DNA of 64,000 bases from an uncultured Gemmatimonadales bacterium (GTDB lineage: Bacteria > Gemmatimonadota > Gemmatimonadetes > Gemmatimonadales > GWC2-71-9). The stretch covers positions 82,200 through 146,199 of the forward strand of contig CAWJXX010000003.1 of NCBI GenBank assembly GCA_963846945.1, given 5' to 3'. Both the position numbers and the translations under genes were made by a program. Positions 1 to 10,822 of this stretch are shown here, piece after piece. Each line of letters opens with the position of its first letter. Position 1 is the first letter of the stretch. The notes beneath the pieces are model-generated. The model did not search any database and was not told the origin of the DNA. It saw only the letters and a list, made by a program, of their open reading frames with translations.

Positions 1-873
1 GCTGTGGAGGATCGCCGTATGGTTGTCGACCAGCTGCTCGCCGCGGCCGAAATACAGACCGTACAGCAGGCTCTCGACATTGGCGTCGTTGAGGTGACTC
101 CGCAGGTCATGGCGCGCGAGTGCGCCGCCCATGGCGAAGCTGAAATTCCGGTAGTGACTGTCGCGCGCCTGGGCTACATGGGTGCACCCGATGTGGAAGG
201 CCGACTCGCCTTCCCGCTGGATGCGCGTATGCTCGACCCACGCGTTCTCGGCGACGACGACCTCGGTCACCGTGTTCGTGAGATACCGGGCATCGTCGAG
301 CGTCACGTAGCTCTCGATAAGGGACGCCCGCGCTTCCCGGTCCACCAGGATGAGGTTGCGGGTGTGGGTCGCCGCACCGGCCACATCGCCCGTCGTGACA
401 TGGAGCAGGTGAATCGGCTGGGCCGGCTCCGCTCGCGCCGGCACATGCACGAACGCGCCGTCGGCAAACTGTGCGGTGTTCCAGGCGACGAATGGCGTCG
501 CGTCGAGCCGCCACCTGGCGACCGAGGTAGCGTTCGAGTGAGGGATCGGTGGCGATGGCCTCCGCCAGGCTGAGCGCGCGAACGCCCGGCGTCGCCGTCC
601 CGATCGACAGGCCCGGCGCATAGCGCCCGTTCACGAAGACAAGGCGCGGCCATTCGGCGTTGCCGAACAGGAAGGGCAGGAGCGAGGCTGCGGCGACCGT
701 GCCGTCGGGCGCGGGGACGAACGTGGTGCCCGCAATCGGCCCCACCGGGGTGAAGCGCCACTCTTCGTCCCTCGACGTGGGAAAGCCGAGCTGCGCGAAG
801 CGCTGCTCGCCCTCCTGCCGCAATGCACCGAGCCAGGACGGTTCCGAGGTCACGAGCGGGGCGGCCACTGCCG

Positions 874-877
<4 letters not shown>
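1..877 (-). CDS. sufD: Fe-S cluster assembly protein SufD (3' end outside window; frameshift near 490)
   Basis: N-term FPTSRDEEWRFT and RLVFVNGRY motifs typical of SufD; ATG at 877 overlaps the sufC stop (ATGA); follows sufB-sufC. Confidence 0.9.
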
Positions 878-1652
<775 letters not shown>

Positions 1653-1656
<4 letters not shown>

Positions 1657-3093
1657 CCAACACTCCCCTCGAGTGAAACGCCGAGCAGCTTCTGGGCCTC
1701 CACCGCGAATTCCATCGGCAGCTCCTTGAACACTTCCTTGCAGAAGCCGTTCACGATGAGCGAGATGGCGTTCTCGGTGTTGAGTCCGCGCTGCTTGCAG
1801 TAGAAAATCTGGTCCTCGCCGATCTTCGACGTGGACGCCTCGTGCTCGACCGCGCTCGTGGCGTTCTGCACGTCGATGTACGGGAACGTGTGCGCCCCGC
1901 ACCGGTCCCCGATCAGCATCGAGTCGCACTGGGTGTAGTTCCGCGAGCCCGCAGCGCGCGGCATCATCTTGACCTGGCCCCGATAGCTGTTGTTGCCCTG
2001 GCCGGCCGAGATTCCCTTCGACACCACCGTGCTCCTCGAGTTCTTCCCGATGTGAATCATCTTGGTCCCGGTGTCCGCCTGCTGCTTCCCGTTCACCACG
2101 GCCACCGAGTAGAACTCGCCCACCGAGTCGTCACCCTGCAGGATGACGCTGGGATACTTCCACGTGATCGCCGAGCCCGTCTCCACCTGCGTCCAGGAGA
2201 TCTTGGCCCGTTCCATCGCCTTGCCGCGCTTGGTGACGAAGTTGAAGATCCCGCCCACGCCCCGCTCGTCGCCCGCATACCAGTTCTGCACGGTCGAGTA
2301 CTTGATCGTGGCACCGGGCAGGGCCACCAGCTCGACCACGGCCGCATGCAGCTGGTTCTCGTCCCGCTTCGGCGCGGTGCAGCCCTCGAGATAGCTCACG
2401 TAGGCGCCCTCATCGGCCACGATGAGCGTCCGCTCGAACTGGCCTGTCTCCGCGGTGTTGATGCGGAAGTAGGTCGAGAGCTCCATGGGACAGCGCACGC
2501 CCTTCGGGATGTAGACGAAGGAGCCGTCCGAGAAGACCGCCGAGTTGAGTGCCGCAAAGAAATTGTCGCTGGTGGGCACCACGGAGCCCAGGTACTTCCG
2601 GATCAGCTCCGGGATGCTCGCGCACTGCCTCACTGAACGAGCAGAAGATGATCCCCTGTTCGGCCAGCTTGGCCTTGTACGTCGTCCCGACCGACACCGA
2701 GTCGAAGATGGCATCCACGGCCACGCCGGCCAGGAGCTTCTGCTCATTGAGCGGAATGCCCAGCTTCTGGTACGTCTCGATCAGCTTCGGATCGGCATCG
2801 TCCAGGCTTGCCAGCGGCGTCTTGTTGCGCGGCGCCGAGTAGTAGATGATGTCCTGATAGTCGATCGGCTTGTACGTGACGTTGGGCCAGCTGTGCGGCT
2901 CCGACATCTTGAGCCAGCCGCGATAGGCCTTGAGGCGCCACTCGAGCAGCCACTCCGGCTCACCCTTCTTGCTGGAAATGAGGCGCACGACATCCTCGCT
3001 CAGCCCCTTGGGCAGGCTGTCGGCCTCGATATCGGTGACGAACCCGTACTTGTAGTCGCGCTGGACCAGCGACTCGACTGACGACCCGCTCAT
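1653..3093 (-). CDS. sufB: Fe-S cluster assembly protein SufB (one frameshift near 2611)
   Basis: ORFs 2410-3093 ([22 protein letters not shown]) and 1653-2747 ([31 protein letters not shown]) join with one extra C in CATCCCGGAG. Confidence 0.96.
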
Positions 3094-3809
3094 GCCTGGC
3101 CTCCCGGCCGCGTCTCACGCGGCGTGATCTGCACGACGGAGGCCGGGATGATGGCCTCGTCGAATTGCACGTGATATTCACAGGCGCTGCACCCCGTGAG
3201 GATGTGCGCCTTCCGGTCCACCGCCGCCGACAGGACTTCCTCGAGAAAGCGCCGCTCGGCGACGCAGATTTCGGGATACCGCTCGGCCACCGCATGGATG
3301 GCGCAGTTGTGCTCCTTGAGCGTCGCCCCATGCTGCCCCGACGCCTGCCACTCCGCCATGTAGCCCTCGTCGGCCAGCACGCGGGTGACGATCTCCATGC
3401 GCTGCTCGGGTGGCTTGCCCTCCAGCTGTTCACGCAACCGCAACGCGAGCGACTCGAACCGGCCTTCGAGCATCGCCACCGCACCCGCCCGACCCTCGCG
3501 AGCCGCCACCTGCTCCAGCAGCTGGGTCAGCGTCTCCTCGTAGCGACGCGGAAAGAGCGACTCGCTCGCCGCCGACAGCCGGTAGGCGAACACCGGCGCA
3601 CCGACACCCCGGTGCTGCCGTTCATAGACCACCAGCTGCTCCAACTCGAGTTCCTTGAGGTGGTGCCGCACGGCGTTGAGGGACAGCCCGAGATGGCTTG
3701 CCAGCTCCTTCGCCGTAAGCTGGCCGGCACGCTTGAGTGCCAGGAGCATTTCGCTCCGGGGACCGCGTTGCCCCACAGGTCGCGACGACTGCGTCAGCGG
3801 CATTGCCAT
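3090..3809 (-). CDS. sufR: SufR-type Fe-S-sensing HTH transcriptional regulator
   Basis: N-terminal winged HTH (LTAKELASHLGLSLNAVRHHL); C-terminal HNC-X12-C...GCSAC cysteines; first gene of the suf operon, overlapping the sufB start. Confidence 0.85.
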   Translation of the reverse strand: MAMPLTQSSRPVGQRGPRSEMLLALKRAGQLTAKELASHLGLSLNAVRHHLKELELEQLVVYERQHRGVGAPVFAYRLSAASESLFPRRYEETLTQLLEQVAAREGRAGAVAMLEGRFESLALRLREQLEGKPPEQRMEIVTRVLADEGYMAEWQASGQHGATLKEHNCAIHAVAERYPEICVAERRFLEEVLSAAVDRKAHILTGCSACEYHVQFDEAIIPASVVQITPRETRPGGQA

Positions 3810-3813
3810 ATAT

Positions 3814-3849
3814 GAACAAAAAGATCGGTGTTCTGAGGGCGATTGTCAA
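3814..3849 (-). promoter_or_regulatory. sigma70-type promoter of the suf operon with an overlapping palindromic operator candidate
   Basis: Minus strand TTGACA (3844-3849), 17 nt, GATCTT (3821-3826); inverted repeat GAACA-N10-TGTTC (3814-3833) straddles the -10. Confidence 0.55.
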
Positions 3850-3940
3850 TTCACATCAGGATTATGGTGCGAACTCGACTGATATGAAGTTGCAAGTCAC
3901 TACTACTATGAATATTCACCGCACTAACCCGTTGGGCTCA

Positions 3941-3968
3941 TTGACGCCCCGCCATATCCGGATAGCAT
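3941..3968 (+). promoter_or_regulatory. sigma70-type promoter (leaderless-type) of the DUF3943 gene
   Basis: TTGACG-16 nt-TAGCAT, ending 6 nt before ATG 3975; no SD. Confidence 0.55.
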
Positions 3969-3974
3969 GCCCGA

Positions 3975-5381
3975 ATGTCGCGGCACACCATCTGGCTCCT
4001 TGTATCGATCGGGGTTACCCGAGGCGCATACGCTCAAGGCGGAATTGCCCCGGCCTTCACGTATTCCGACAGCGTCGAAGCCATTCCCGACACGACGCCG
4101 GACTCCGTACACGTTCACCACCCCATGCCGACGGCCGGCCCACAGGTGGGCCGCGCTTTCGTCGAGATCGTGCTGCTCAACGGCGCCGCTGTTGCCATCA
4201 ACCACCTGGCGCGCGATCTCCCCATGACCCGGCCGGAAACCTGGTGGCGCAATCTCCGCGGGGGATGGACGTGGGATGGCAACAACATCAGTACGAACAA
4301 CATCGAACACCCGTATGGTGGCGCGGTCTATTACAACGTGGCGCGCGCGAACGGCTTGTCGTTCTGGGCCGCGGCACCGGTGACAGCCAGCGGCAGCCTG
4401 ATGTGGGAACTGTTCGGTGAACCTGTCCCGCCGTCACCCAATGACCTCATCATCACCAGCCTGAGCGGCATCACGCTCGGCGAGGCGACGCGCCAACTCT
4501 CACTGATGGTGCTCGACAACCAGGCCAGGGGCCTGAGCCGGGTCTGGCGCGAGGCTGCGGTGCTGCTGTTCAATCCGGGCCTGGGAGTGGATCGGCTCTC
4601 CAGGGGCCAGACCTGGCAGCAGAGACCCAACCCGCCGGATCACCATCCCTCGACCATGCGCACGACGGTGGCGATCGGCGCCAAGCGAATGACCAGAACT
4701 GATGCCGCGCCCAGCATCGACCTCGCCGCCGCTGCGGTGGAGATCCAGGTCGGCGATCCGTTCAAGGAGAAGGTCGGTCCCTTTTCGACCTTCACCTTCA
4801 CCGCGCAGCTCAACAGCGGCCCCAGCACGACAGTGGCCGAGGTTGGCACGCGCGGCATCCTGGCTGCGCTCGGCCGACGCGATGGTCCCACTCGACAGGT
4901 GGTCGGCATCTTCATGGACTTCGACTACCAGTGGAATGTGTCCTACCAGTTTTCGGAACAGTCGTTCGGGCTTGGATGGCTGTCGCGCGCCGGCGGACAG
5001 GATTGGCGGCTCGATACCGACATCAGCGCGGAGCTGCTGCCCCTGATGGCGAGCTCGGACACACACACCCGCCCCCTGCTGGGGAGGCCATACGACTATG
5101 GCTCGGGGGTCGGGGGGCGCGCATTCATCCACTTTGACCATCGCGACTTCCGCATCATCTCGGCGGGATATCGCGGCTTCTGGACCGCCACGGTGAGCGG
5201 GGCGTCCGAGACCAAGCTGGTGCAGTTCGCCACCGTCGAGGCCCGCGCACCACTACCGCTCGGGCTCGCGGTGGGGGCGAGTTACACGATGTACCGGCAG
5301 CGCAGCACCTACGACATACTTCCAACTTCCATCGTGTCCCTGCCCAGCTGGTCGGTCTTCATCTCAAGCGCGGGGCGGTGA
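3975..5381 (+). CDS. DUF3943-family exported / outer-membrane protein
   Basis: Signal peptide; HPYGGAVYYNVARANG...SLMWELFGE...PSPNDLIITSLSGITLGE motif; beta-strand-rich C-terminus. Confidence 0.75.
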   Translation: MSRHTIWLLVSIGVTRGAYAQGGIAPAFTYSDSVEAIPDTTPDSVHVHHPMPTAGPQVGRAFVEIVLLNGAAVAINHLARDLPMTRPETWWRNLRGGWTWDGNNISTNNIEHPYGGAVYYNVARANGLSFWAAAPVTASGSLMWELFGEPVPPSPNDLIITSLSGITLGEATRQLSLMVLDNQARGLSRVWREAAVLLFNPGLGVDRLSRGQTWQQRPNPPDHHPSTMRTTVAIGAKRMTRTDAAPSIDLAAAAVEIQVGDPFKEKVGPFSTFTFTAQLNSGPSTTVAEVGTRGILAALGRRDGPTRQVVGIFMDFDYQWNVSYQFSEQSFGLGWLSRAGGQDWRLDTDISAELLPLMASSDTHTRPLLGRPYDYGSGVGGRAFIHFDHRDFRIISAGYRGFWTATVSGASETKLVQFATVEARAPLPLGLAVGASYTMYRQRSTYDILPTSIVSLPSWSVFISSAGR

Positions 5382-5415
5382 GCTTACCTTCGGGCATGCC
5401 CTACGAGGAGACCTC

Positions 5416-5733
5416 ATGCTGCCCCTGATCGTTGCCCTGGCCACGGCACCGCTGCCCATGCTCCGCGGTGAGATTTTCGGCGACCTTCGCCTTGGTGACA
5501 AGTACCTGGTGGACACCCCGATCAAGCTGACCTGCGGCGCGGAGAGCGTCGATGGCAAGACCGACAAGTCCGGCTCCTTCCGCCTGACCCTCAAGGGCAG
5601 CGGCAAGTGCCAGCTGGTGGTGTCATACGAGAAGCAGTCGCCGTCAATCGACGTGGTGCTGTTCGACCAGGCGGCTCGCTACCGGTTCCTGCTGGAGCTG
5701 GTCGACGGCAAGTACATCATCAAGCGAGTCTGA
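5416..5733 (+). CDS. small exported hypothetical protein
   Basis: SD GAGGAG; hydrophobic N-terminus; strong GC3 bias; two Cys. Confidence 0.75.
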   Translation: MLPLIVALATAPLPMLRGEIFGDLRLGDKYLVDTPIKLTCGAESVDGKTDKSGSFRLTLKGSGKCQLVVSYEKQSPSIDVVLFDQAARYRFLLELVDGKYIIKRV

Positions 5734-5736
5734 GCC

Positions 5737-6636
5737 GTGGCGGACGCCGGCCCGAAGGATGGATGGGACAAGCTGCAGATCATCATGGCACCGATCGGTG
5801 GCCTGCTCACGGCCATCGCGGTGGCGAGCCTCGGCTTTTTTGGGTCGCGTGCCATCGACCAGCAGCAGAGCAGTGAAGCCAAGTTGCGGCTCTATTCCGA
5901 GCTGATGAGCAAGCGCGAGGAATCGGAAGCGACCCTCCGGAAGGAGATGTTCCAGTCCATCATCGGCTCGTTCTTCGACGCGCAATCCACGTCGCTCGAG
6001 GCGAAGCTGCTCAAGATGGAACTGCTTGCCCAGAACTTTCACGAAGCGCTCAACCTGACCCCGCTGTTCCAGCATATGCGCCGCGAAATCGCAGCGGCGC
6101 CGATCACCCCGGAGCTCAAGCGCACGTACGAGGGCCGCCTGAGCGAACTCGCACGCGAGATTACCCGGAAGCAGATGATCGTGCTGGAATCCGGCGGGGA
6201 GCGCTTCGACTGGACCGTCCTGCTGAGCGACAGCCTCATTGCCGGGACCAGGTCAGAGACACTGGAGGACGTGGAACTCACGCTGGACGGAATCAAGCGG
6301 CGGTTCCGCGCCACGCTTTACCAGGTCGACACGACGCAGCGCGAGGCGCGAATCGGGCTCGAGATCGAGACGCCAAGCCAGCCTGGCGTCACCCCGGCCG
6401 AGGCCGGCCGCTTCTCGGCGGAGTTTATGGTGAGCTTTTTCAGTTCCCCGATGATCGACAACACCCGGCTGTCGAATGACCAGCGCGTGGCGATGGTGCT
6501 GACCAACATGAGTGGTGCGGGGGCGGGCTTGAGCCTGCTGTACTTCCCGGGATCGCGTGCCAGCCTGCGAGAGAAGCCTTACTACGAGGAGATCCTGCGA
6601 AAACTCGCGGGGACCGAGGCCGCCAAGATGCCCTGA
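5737..6636 (+). CDS. membrane-anchored hypothetical protein
   Basis: Starts 3 nt after the upstream stop; one N-terminal TM helix; typical codon bias. Confidence 0.8.
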   Translation: MADAGPKDGWDKLQIIMAPIGGLLTAIAVASLGFFGSRAIDQQQSSEAKLRLYSELMSKREESEATLRKEMFQSIIGSFFDAQSTSLEAKLLKMELLAQNFHEALNLTPLFQHMRREIAAAPITPELKRTYEGRLSELAREITRKQMIVLESGGERFDWTVLLSDSLIAGTRSETLEDVELTLDGIKRRFRATLYQVDTTQREARIGLEIETPSQPGVTPAEAGRFSAEFMVSFFSSPMIDNTRLSNDQRVAMVLTNMSGAGAGLSLLYFPGSRASLREKPYYEEILRKLAGTEAAKMP

Positions 6637-6643
6637 GCCACGC

Positions 6644-7441
6644 TCAGGGCTGGACGACCACGATGCGGGCCACGTCGGTCGCGCGTGCGATGATCGAGCC
6701 ACCTGCCGCGTAAGCCGGATCCACCGTTCCTGTCACCGTGCGCTGGACTCGCACGTCGACTTCGCATGACTCGCCCGAGGTCATGCCGTTTGGCAACAGC
6801 GACTGATCGAGCGTGATGGTCTGGCTTCCCGGATCGCCGTCGACAGGAATGCTGAACGTGGTGCCGGCACCGGGCTCGTCGCAGACCACCGAGCGCAGGA
6901 CGATGTTGATCGGGTCGGCCAGGCCCGACGGTGTCCAGGCCACGATCAGGTTCGTCCCGGACGTGGCGACCTGCCCGACAACCGGTGCCGTCTCCTCCAG
7001 CGTCTCCGGCATTCGCACGATGCTGGCTGGCGCACTCGCATCGCTGTGTCGCGTCAGCACGATCGTCACGTTGGTGCCAGGGTCCACCTGGCTCAGGCTT
7101 GCCGAATAGAAGCCGCCCCCCACCGGATCGACCGTCCAGCGCATGGGCTTCGCCTGGCCCTGCGCCGTGGCCACCATCTCGTCTTCTTCGGGCAGTCGCA
7201 CGGATGCAAAGGCGTCTGACTCGAGCTGCCCGAACACCAGGGTGGTGCCTCCGAATGCTTCAGTGACCACGAAATTGGGCGTCAATTTGTTGGTTGGCGT
7301 CGAGCCCCCGGTCGAGTCGGAACAGGCCACCAGCGCGGAAAGCAGCAACACTGTCGGCAGTGGCCACGCCTGGGCGCCCCGCCGTAACCGATTTACCCGT
7401 AAAGCATTAGCACGTTCACCACTGCCGCACCTGATTCGCAC
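6644..7441 (-). CDS. putative lipoprotein (start uncertain)
   Basis: Lipobox LLLSALVA-C followed by an S/T/G linker and a beta-rich body; the upstream part of ORF 6644-8053 is antisense shadow of def. Confidence 0.65.
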   Translation of the reverse strand: MRIRCGSGERANALRVNRLRRGAQAWPLPTVLLLSALVACSDSTGGSTPTNKLTPNFVVTEAFGGTTLVFGQLESDAFASVRLPEEDEMVATAQGQAKPMRWTVDPVGGGFYSASLSQVDPGTNVTIVLTRHSDASAPASIVRMPETLEETAPVVGQVATSGTNLIVAWTPSGLADPINIVLRSVVCDEPGAGTTFSIPVDGDPGSQTITLDQSLLPNGMTSGESCEVDVRVQRTVTGTVDPAYAAGGSIIARATDVARIVVVQP

Positions 7442-7480
7442 CCAGTTGACAGTCTGCGTTTCGCGCCCGACCTTGGCTCC

Positions 7481-8047
7481 ATGGCTGTGCGTCGAATTCG
7501 CCTTCTGGGCGACCCGGTACTTCGCGAGCGCTGCGAACTGATCGCCAATCCGCAGTCTGCGGCCATCCGAGTGGTCGTGGATGATCTGGCGGATACGCTG
7601 CACGACTGGCAGTCGCGGTTTGGCAGCGGACGGGGCATCGCCGCGCCGCAAATCGGGGCCCCGCTTCGTCTGGTCTATATCGAAATGGATCAGCCGTGGG
7701 TTCTGGTCAATCCCGAAATCATTGACATCGGACACGAGGACTTCGCGGTGTGGGACGATTGCTTCTCGTTCCCCAACCTGCTGGTGCGTGTGCTTCGTGC
7801 CTACCGCATTCGCGTCAGCTACAGCGACCTGCGCGGTCGGGTGCACGAGGCCGAGTTTGAGGGCGACCGGGCGGAACTGCTTCAACACGAGATTGATCAC
7901 CTCGACGGCGTGCTGACGGTCGATCGTCCCCATGGACTCGATCCCTTCTGCCTGCGCGAGGAATGGAACCGTCAGCATGCTGCGTCGGGGCGATACGGCG
8001 AACCAGAACTCCGGCTGGCCCCGTACGCCATACCCATGATGGTCTAG
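7481..8047 (+). CDS. def: peptide deformylase (variant motif 2)
   Basis: GRGIAAPQIG, WDDCFS (usually EGCLS), QHEIDHLDG. Confidence 0.9.
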   Translation: MAVRRIRLLGDPVLRERCELIANPQSAAIRVVVDDLADTLHDWQSRFGSGRGIAAPQIGAPLRLVYIEMDQPWVLVNPEIIDIGHEDFAVWDDCFSFPNLLVRVLRAYRIRVSYSDLRGRVHEAEFEGDRAELLQHEIDHLDGVLTVDRPHGLDPFCLREEWNRQHAASGRYGEPELRLAPYAIPMMV

Positions 8048-8078
8048 CGGCAAAACTGCACGCGTTCACGCACCAGCA

Positions 8079-10139
8079 CTAGAACCACCGAAACACCTGC
8101 ACGAACAGGGTCTCTCGCCCGCCCGTTGCCCATCCATAGCCAGCCTTGATCGGCCCGAACGGCGTGTGAGCGCCGAGTCCAATGCGAACGCCACCGAGCC
8201 AGGAATCGCTGGCGAACGCATGACCCGCCTCAGAGATGCTCCCGGCGCCCAGCACCAGCTGGGCCTCGAGCGGCCCCACCATCCGGAGCCACAATTCAGC
8301 CTGCCCCGATGCCTCGTAGCTCCCACGCAATTCACCCGGCTTGACGCCCGGAAACCCGGCAGTGCCACCCAGCACGAAAGTGAACTGCAGTGGCAGGTCG
8401 CCACCGGCCCCGAAGCGCAGGGTTCCGCGCACGCCGATTCGATTCTTGGTCCAGGGAAGGCGAATTTCGGCAAGGGCCCTTCTATAGGTGGACGTATAGC
8501 TTGCATCCACGAGCACCTGCGTAGCGTCGAAGCCGCGGAACCGTTCCGCCTTCACCACGCCGCCCGCCGCCGCGCCGTCTGGCGTGTCGGGCTGGCTCCA
8601 GAGCACGCCCAGCACGCCGAGCGACACGATCCATCCGTCCCCCATGGTGCGCTCCACGCCGGCCACGCCCGCGAGGTCATGGGTATCGATCGACGTGAGC
8701 TCGGTGTTGCCCACGTAGACCGGCACCCGCTCATTGCCCGCGGTGATCGACAACGTGGGGGCCAGCACGCGCCAGCCGTAGCGGAGGTTTTTCCGCATGG
8801 CCAACAGGAGTTCGTCACGGAGACCGCCCAGGCGCAGCAGCGTGCTCGTCTCGAGACCAAGGCCGAGCAGGTTCCGGTAGATGGCCCCGAGCCAGACCTC
8901 GCCACCGAGGATGTTGTCGTAGGCGATACCGGCGGCCGCATAGAGCCTCGGGGCCGGGCGAACGACCGGTGCGAAGGAGACGGTGTCCGAGTGGCCGCTG
9001 GGATAATCCATACCGCGTCGATCAGGGACGTCTCACCCATTCGCCCGCTGCGCTTTCGAAGCTGTGGATAGTTGATCGAGTCGCCGGACCTGAGGCCCAG
9101 GTCATTGAGCACCGAGACACCGGGGTTGTCCTCGCCCGGAGCGGTGATGGTGCCCACGTAGCGCGGAAGGGCGACAATGCGGCGGCCGTGCTGGTTGAGC
9201 GGGTTGAGGCATGACACGCGGGCAAAAGCGGAATCCGCCTCGCGCTGGCCCAGGGCCATCAGCTCCTTCACCTTCTCCGGCGCGAAGTCGAGCGTGCCAT
9301 AAGCTGCCCACGTTGAACTTGATGAGGATGTCCTCGGGTCCCATGGGCGGCAGGGGCTGGTCGGCGAGATAATCCATCAGGCGGGACATCACCGCGTCGC
9401 TGGAGAAGAGTGGAATCGTGTCGGATTGCGGCACGCTCAGGTCGGACACGATCACCCGTTCCGCGCCAAGTTCGCGTGCGATGGCGACCGGCACGTTCGC
9501 CGCGAGGCCGCCGTCGACGAGATACATGCCGTTCATGTAGATCGGGGTGAAGACGATCGGAATGGAGATGCTGGCCCGCACGGCGCGCGGCAGGTCGCCC
9601 TCGCCGAGCACCACGGCCTTGTGCGTGCGCAGGTTCGTCGCGACCGCGCGGAAGGGAATTGGAAGCGAGTCGAAATTGCCCCGCGCGCGCAGGTTGCCCA
9701 TGAACAGCTTCTCTTCCAGCAGCGCGTTGACCTCGCGCTCGTTGAGGGCGTTCGTCTGCAGCCCCGAGACTCCTTCGCCCTCGGCGTATGTCAGCATGGG
9801 CTGCTTCGTACCCAGCACCCGTGGCGTGGTGGGATCGAATGTGTGGATGATGGTGCCGCCCGGCGAGGTGCGCACGATCGAGTCGATCTGTGACCCCGAG
9901 TAGCCGCTTGCATAGAGGGCGCCCACGAGCGAACCGATACTGGTGCCGATGATGAAGTCCGGCACGATGCCCAGCGAGTCGAGCACTCGCAGCACGCCGA
10001 TGTGGGCCAGGCCCTTGGCGCCGCCTCCCGAGAGCACGAGAGCGGTGCGCGCCGGCCCGCAGGCCGGCGCCTGGGCACTCGCGGCCGAGCCCGTGAAGAG
10101 CGCGAGCGCGAGGAACGTCGAGAATGAGCGAAGGGACAT
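8079..10139 (-). CDS. patatin-like phospholipase fused to an Omp85-like beta-barrel (PlpD-like); frameshifts near 9300 and 9010
   Basis: Signal peptide; LSGGGAKG, GTSIG, DGG motifs; split over ORFs 9102-10139, 8552-9271 and 8079-9011; ends in an amphipathic strand with terminal Phe. Confidence 0.8.
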
Positions 10140-10258
10140 GGACGCCGTAACTTAGTTTGCGCCCATGCCGGTTGCGGACCCCTTGCGCCGGTCCCAGCGC
10201 ACTTCTATACCTATGCCTTCCGCCGCGGCCCGCGGCGACCCCCGAATGGAGCTGGCGC

Positions 10259-10522
<264 letters not shown>

Positions 10523-10524
10523 GC

Positions 10525-10648
10525 GGCGGGCAGGATACCAGGGCGGCAAGTCGCCAGGAAACAAGAAAGGGCCGAGAATTCTCGGCCCTTCGTGATTTTC
10601 GATCGCGGTATTTTCCTGCCGCCTTGCCGCCCTGATCTCCTGGCCGCC
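10525..10648. repeat. octamer-unit (GGCGGCAA / CTGCCGCC) long inverted repeat centred on the terminator
   Basis: CAGGGCGGCAAG..CCAGGAAA pairs with TTTCCT..CTTGCCGCCCTG; outer GGCGG..CAGGA pairs with TCCTG..CCGCC. Confidence 0.7.
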
Positions 10649-10765
10649 CGGAAGGTGGGCTGGCCCTCGGGGCCGTACTGCGTGGCCGCGGCCCCGGGGC
10701 CTGGGGAGATGCAACTGCAAATGCAATCGACGGGGCCAGCAAGAGAGCCAGCGCGACCGCCTATC
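10560..10765 (-). ncRNA. candidate structured small RNA (unassigned)
   Basis: ECF-like GAAAC-N17-CGTC upstream on the minus strand, several stems, terminator at the 3' end; no convincing ORF. Confidence 0.3.
10567..10590. terminator. perfect hairpin, likely bidirectional intrinsic terminator
   Basis: AAGGGCCGAG-AATT-CTCGGCCCTT; U-rich tail TTTCTTGTTT on the minus strand; lies between convergent genes. Confidence 0.75.
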
Positions 10766-10822
10766 CAATAGACGCCCGTGACCCCCAAAAGGTTTCGTCC
10801 GGAGACGCGGCTGACACCTGCG

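Noticed and set aside
3898-3910. CTACTACTA tract as a second DnaA-trio site
   Set aside because: Only three trios, no adjacent DnaA box; it lies in the sufR/DUF3943 promoter region.
10645-10700. SRP RNA or tRNA-Sec
   Set aside because: A GGAA-containing loop is present, but the SRP domain IV CAGG/AGCA internal loop and a tRNA T-arm/anticodon arm are absent.
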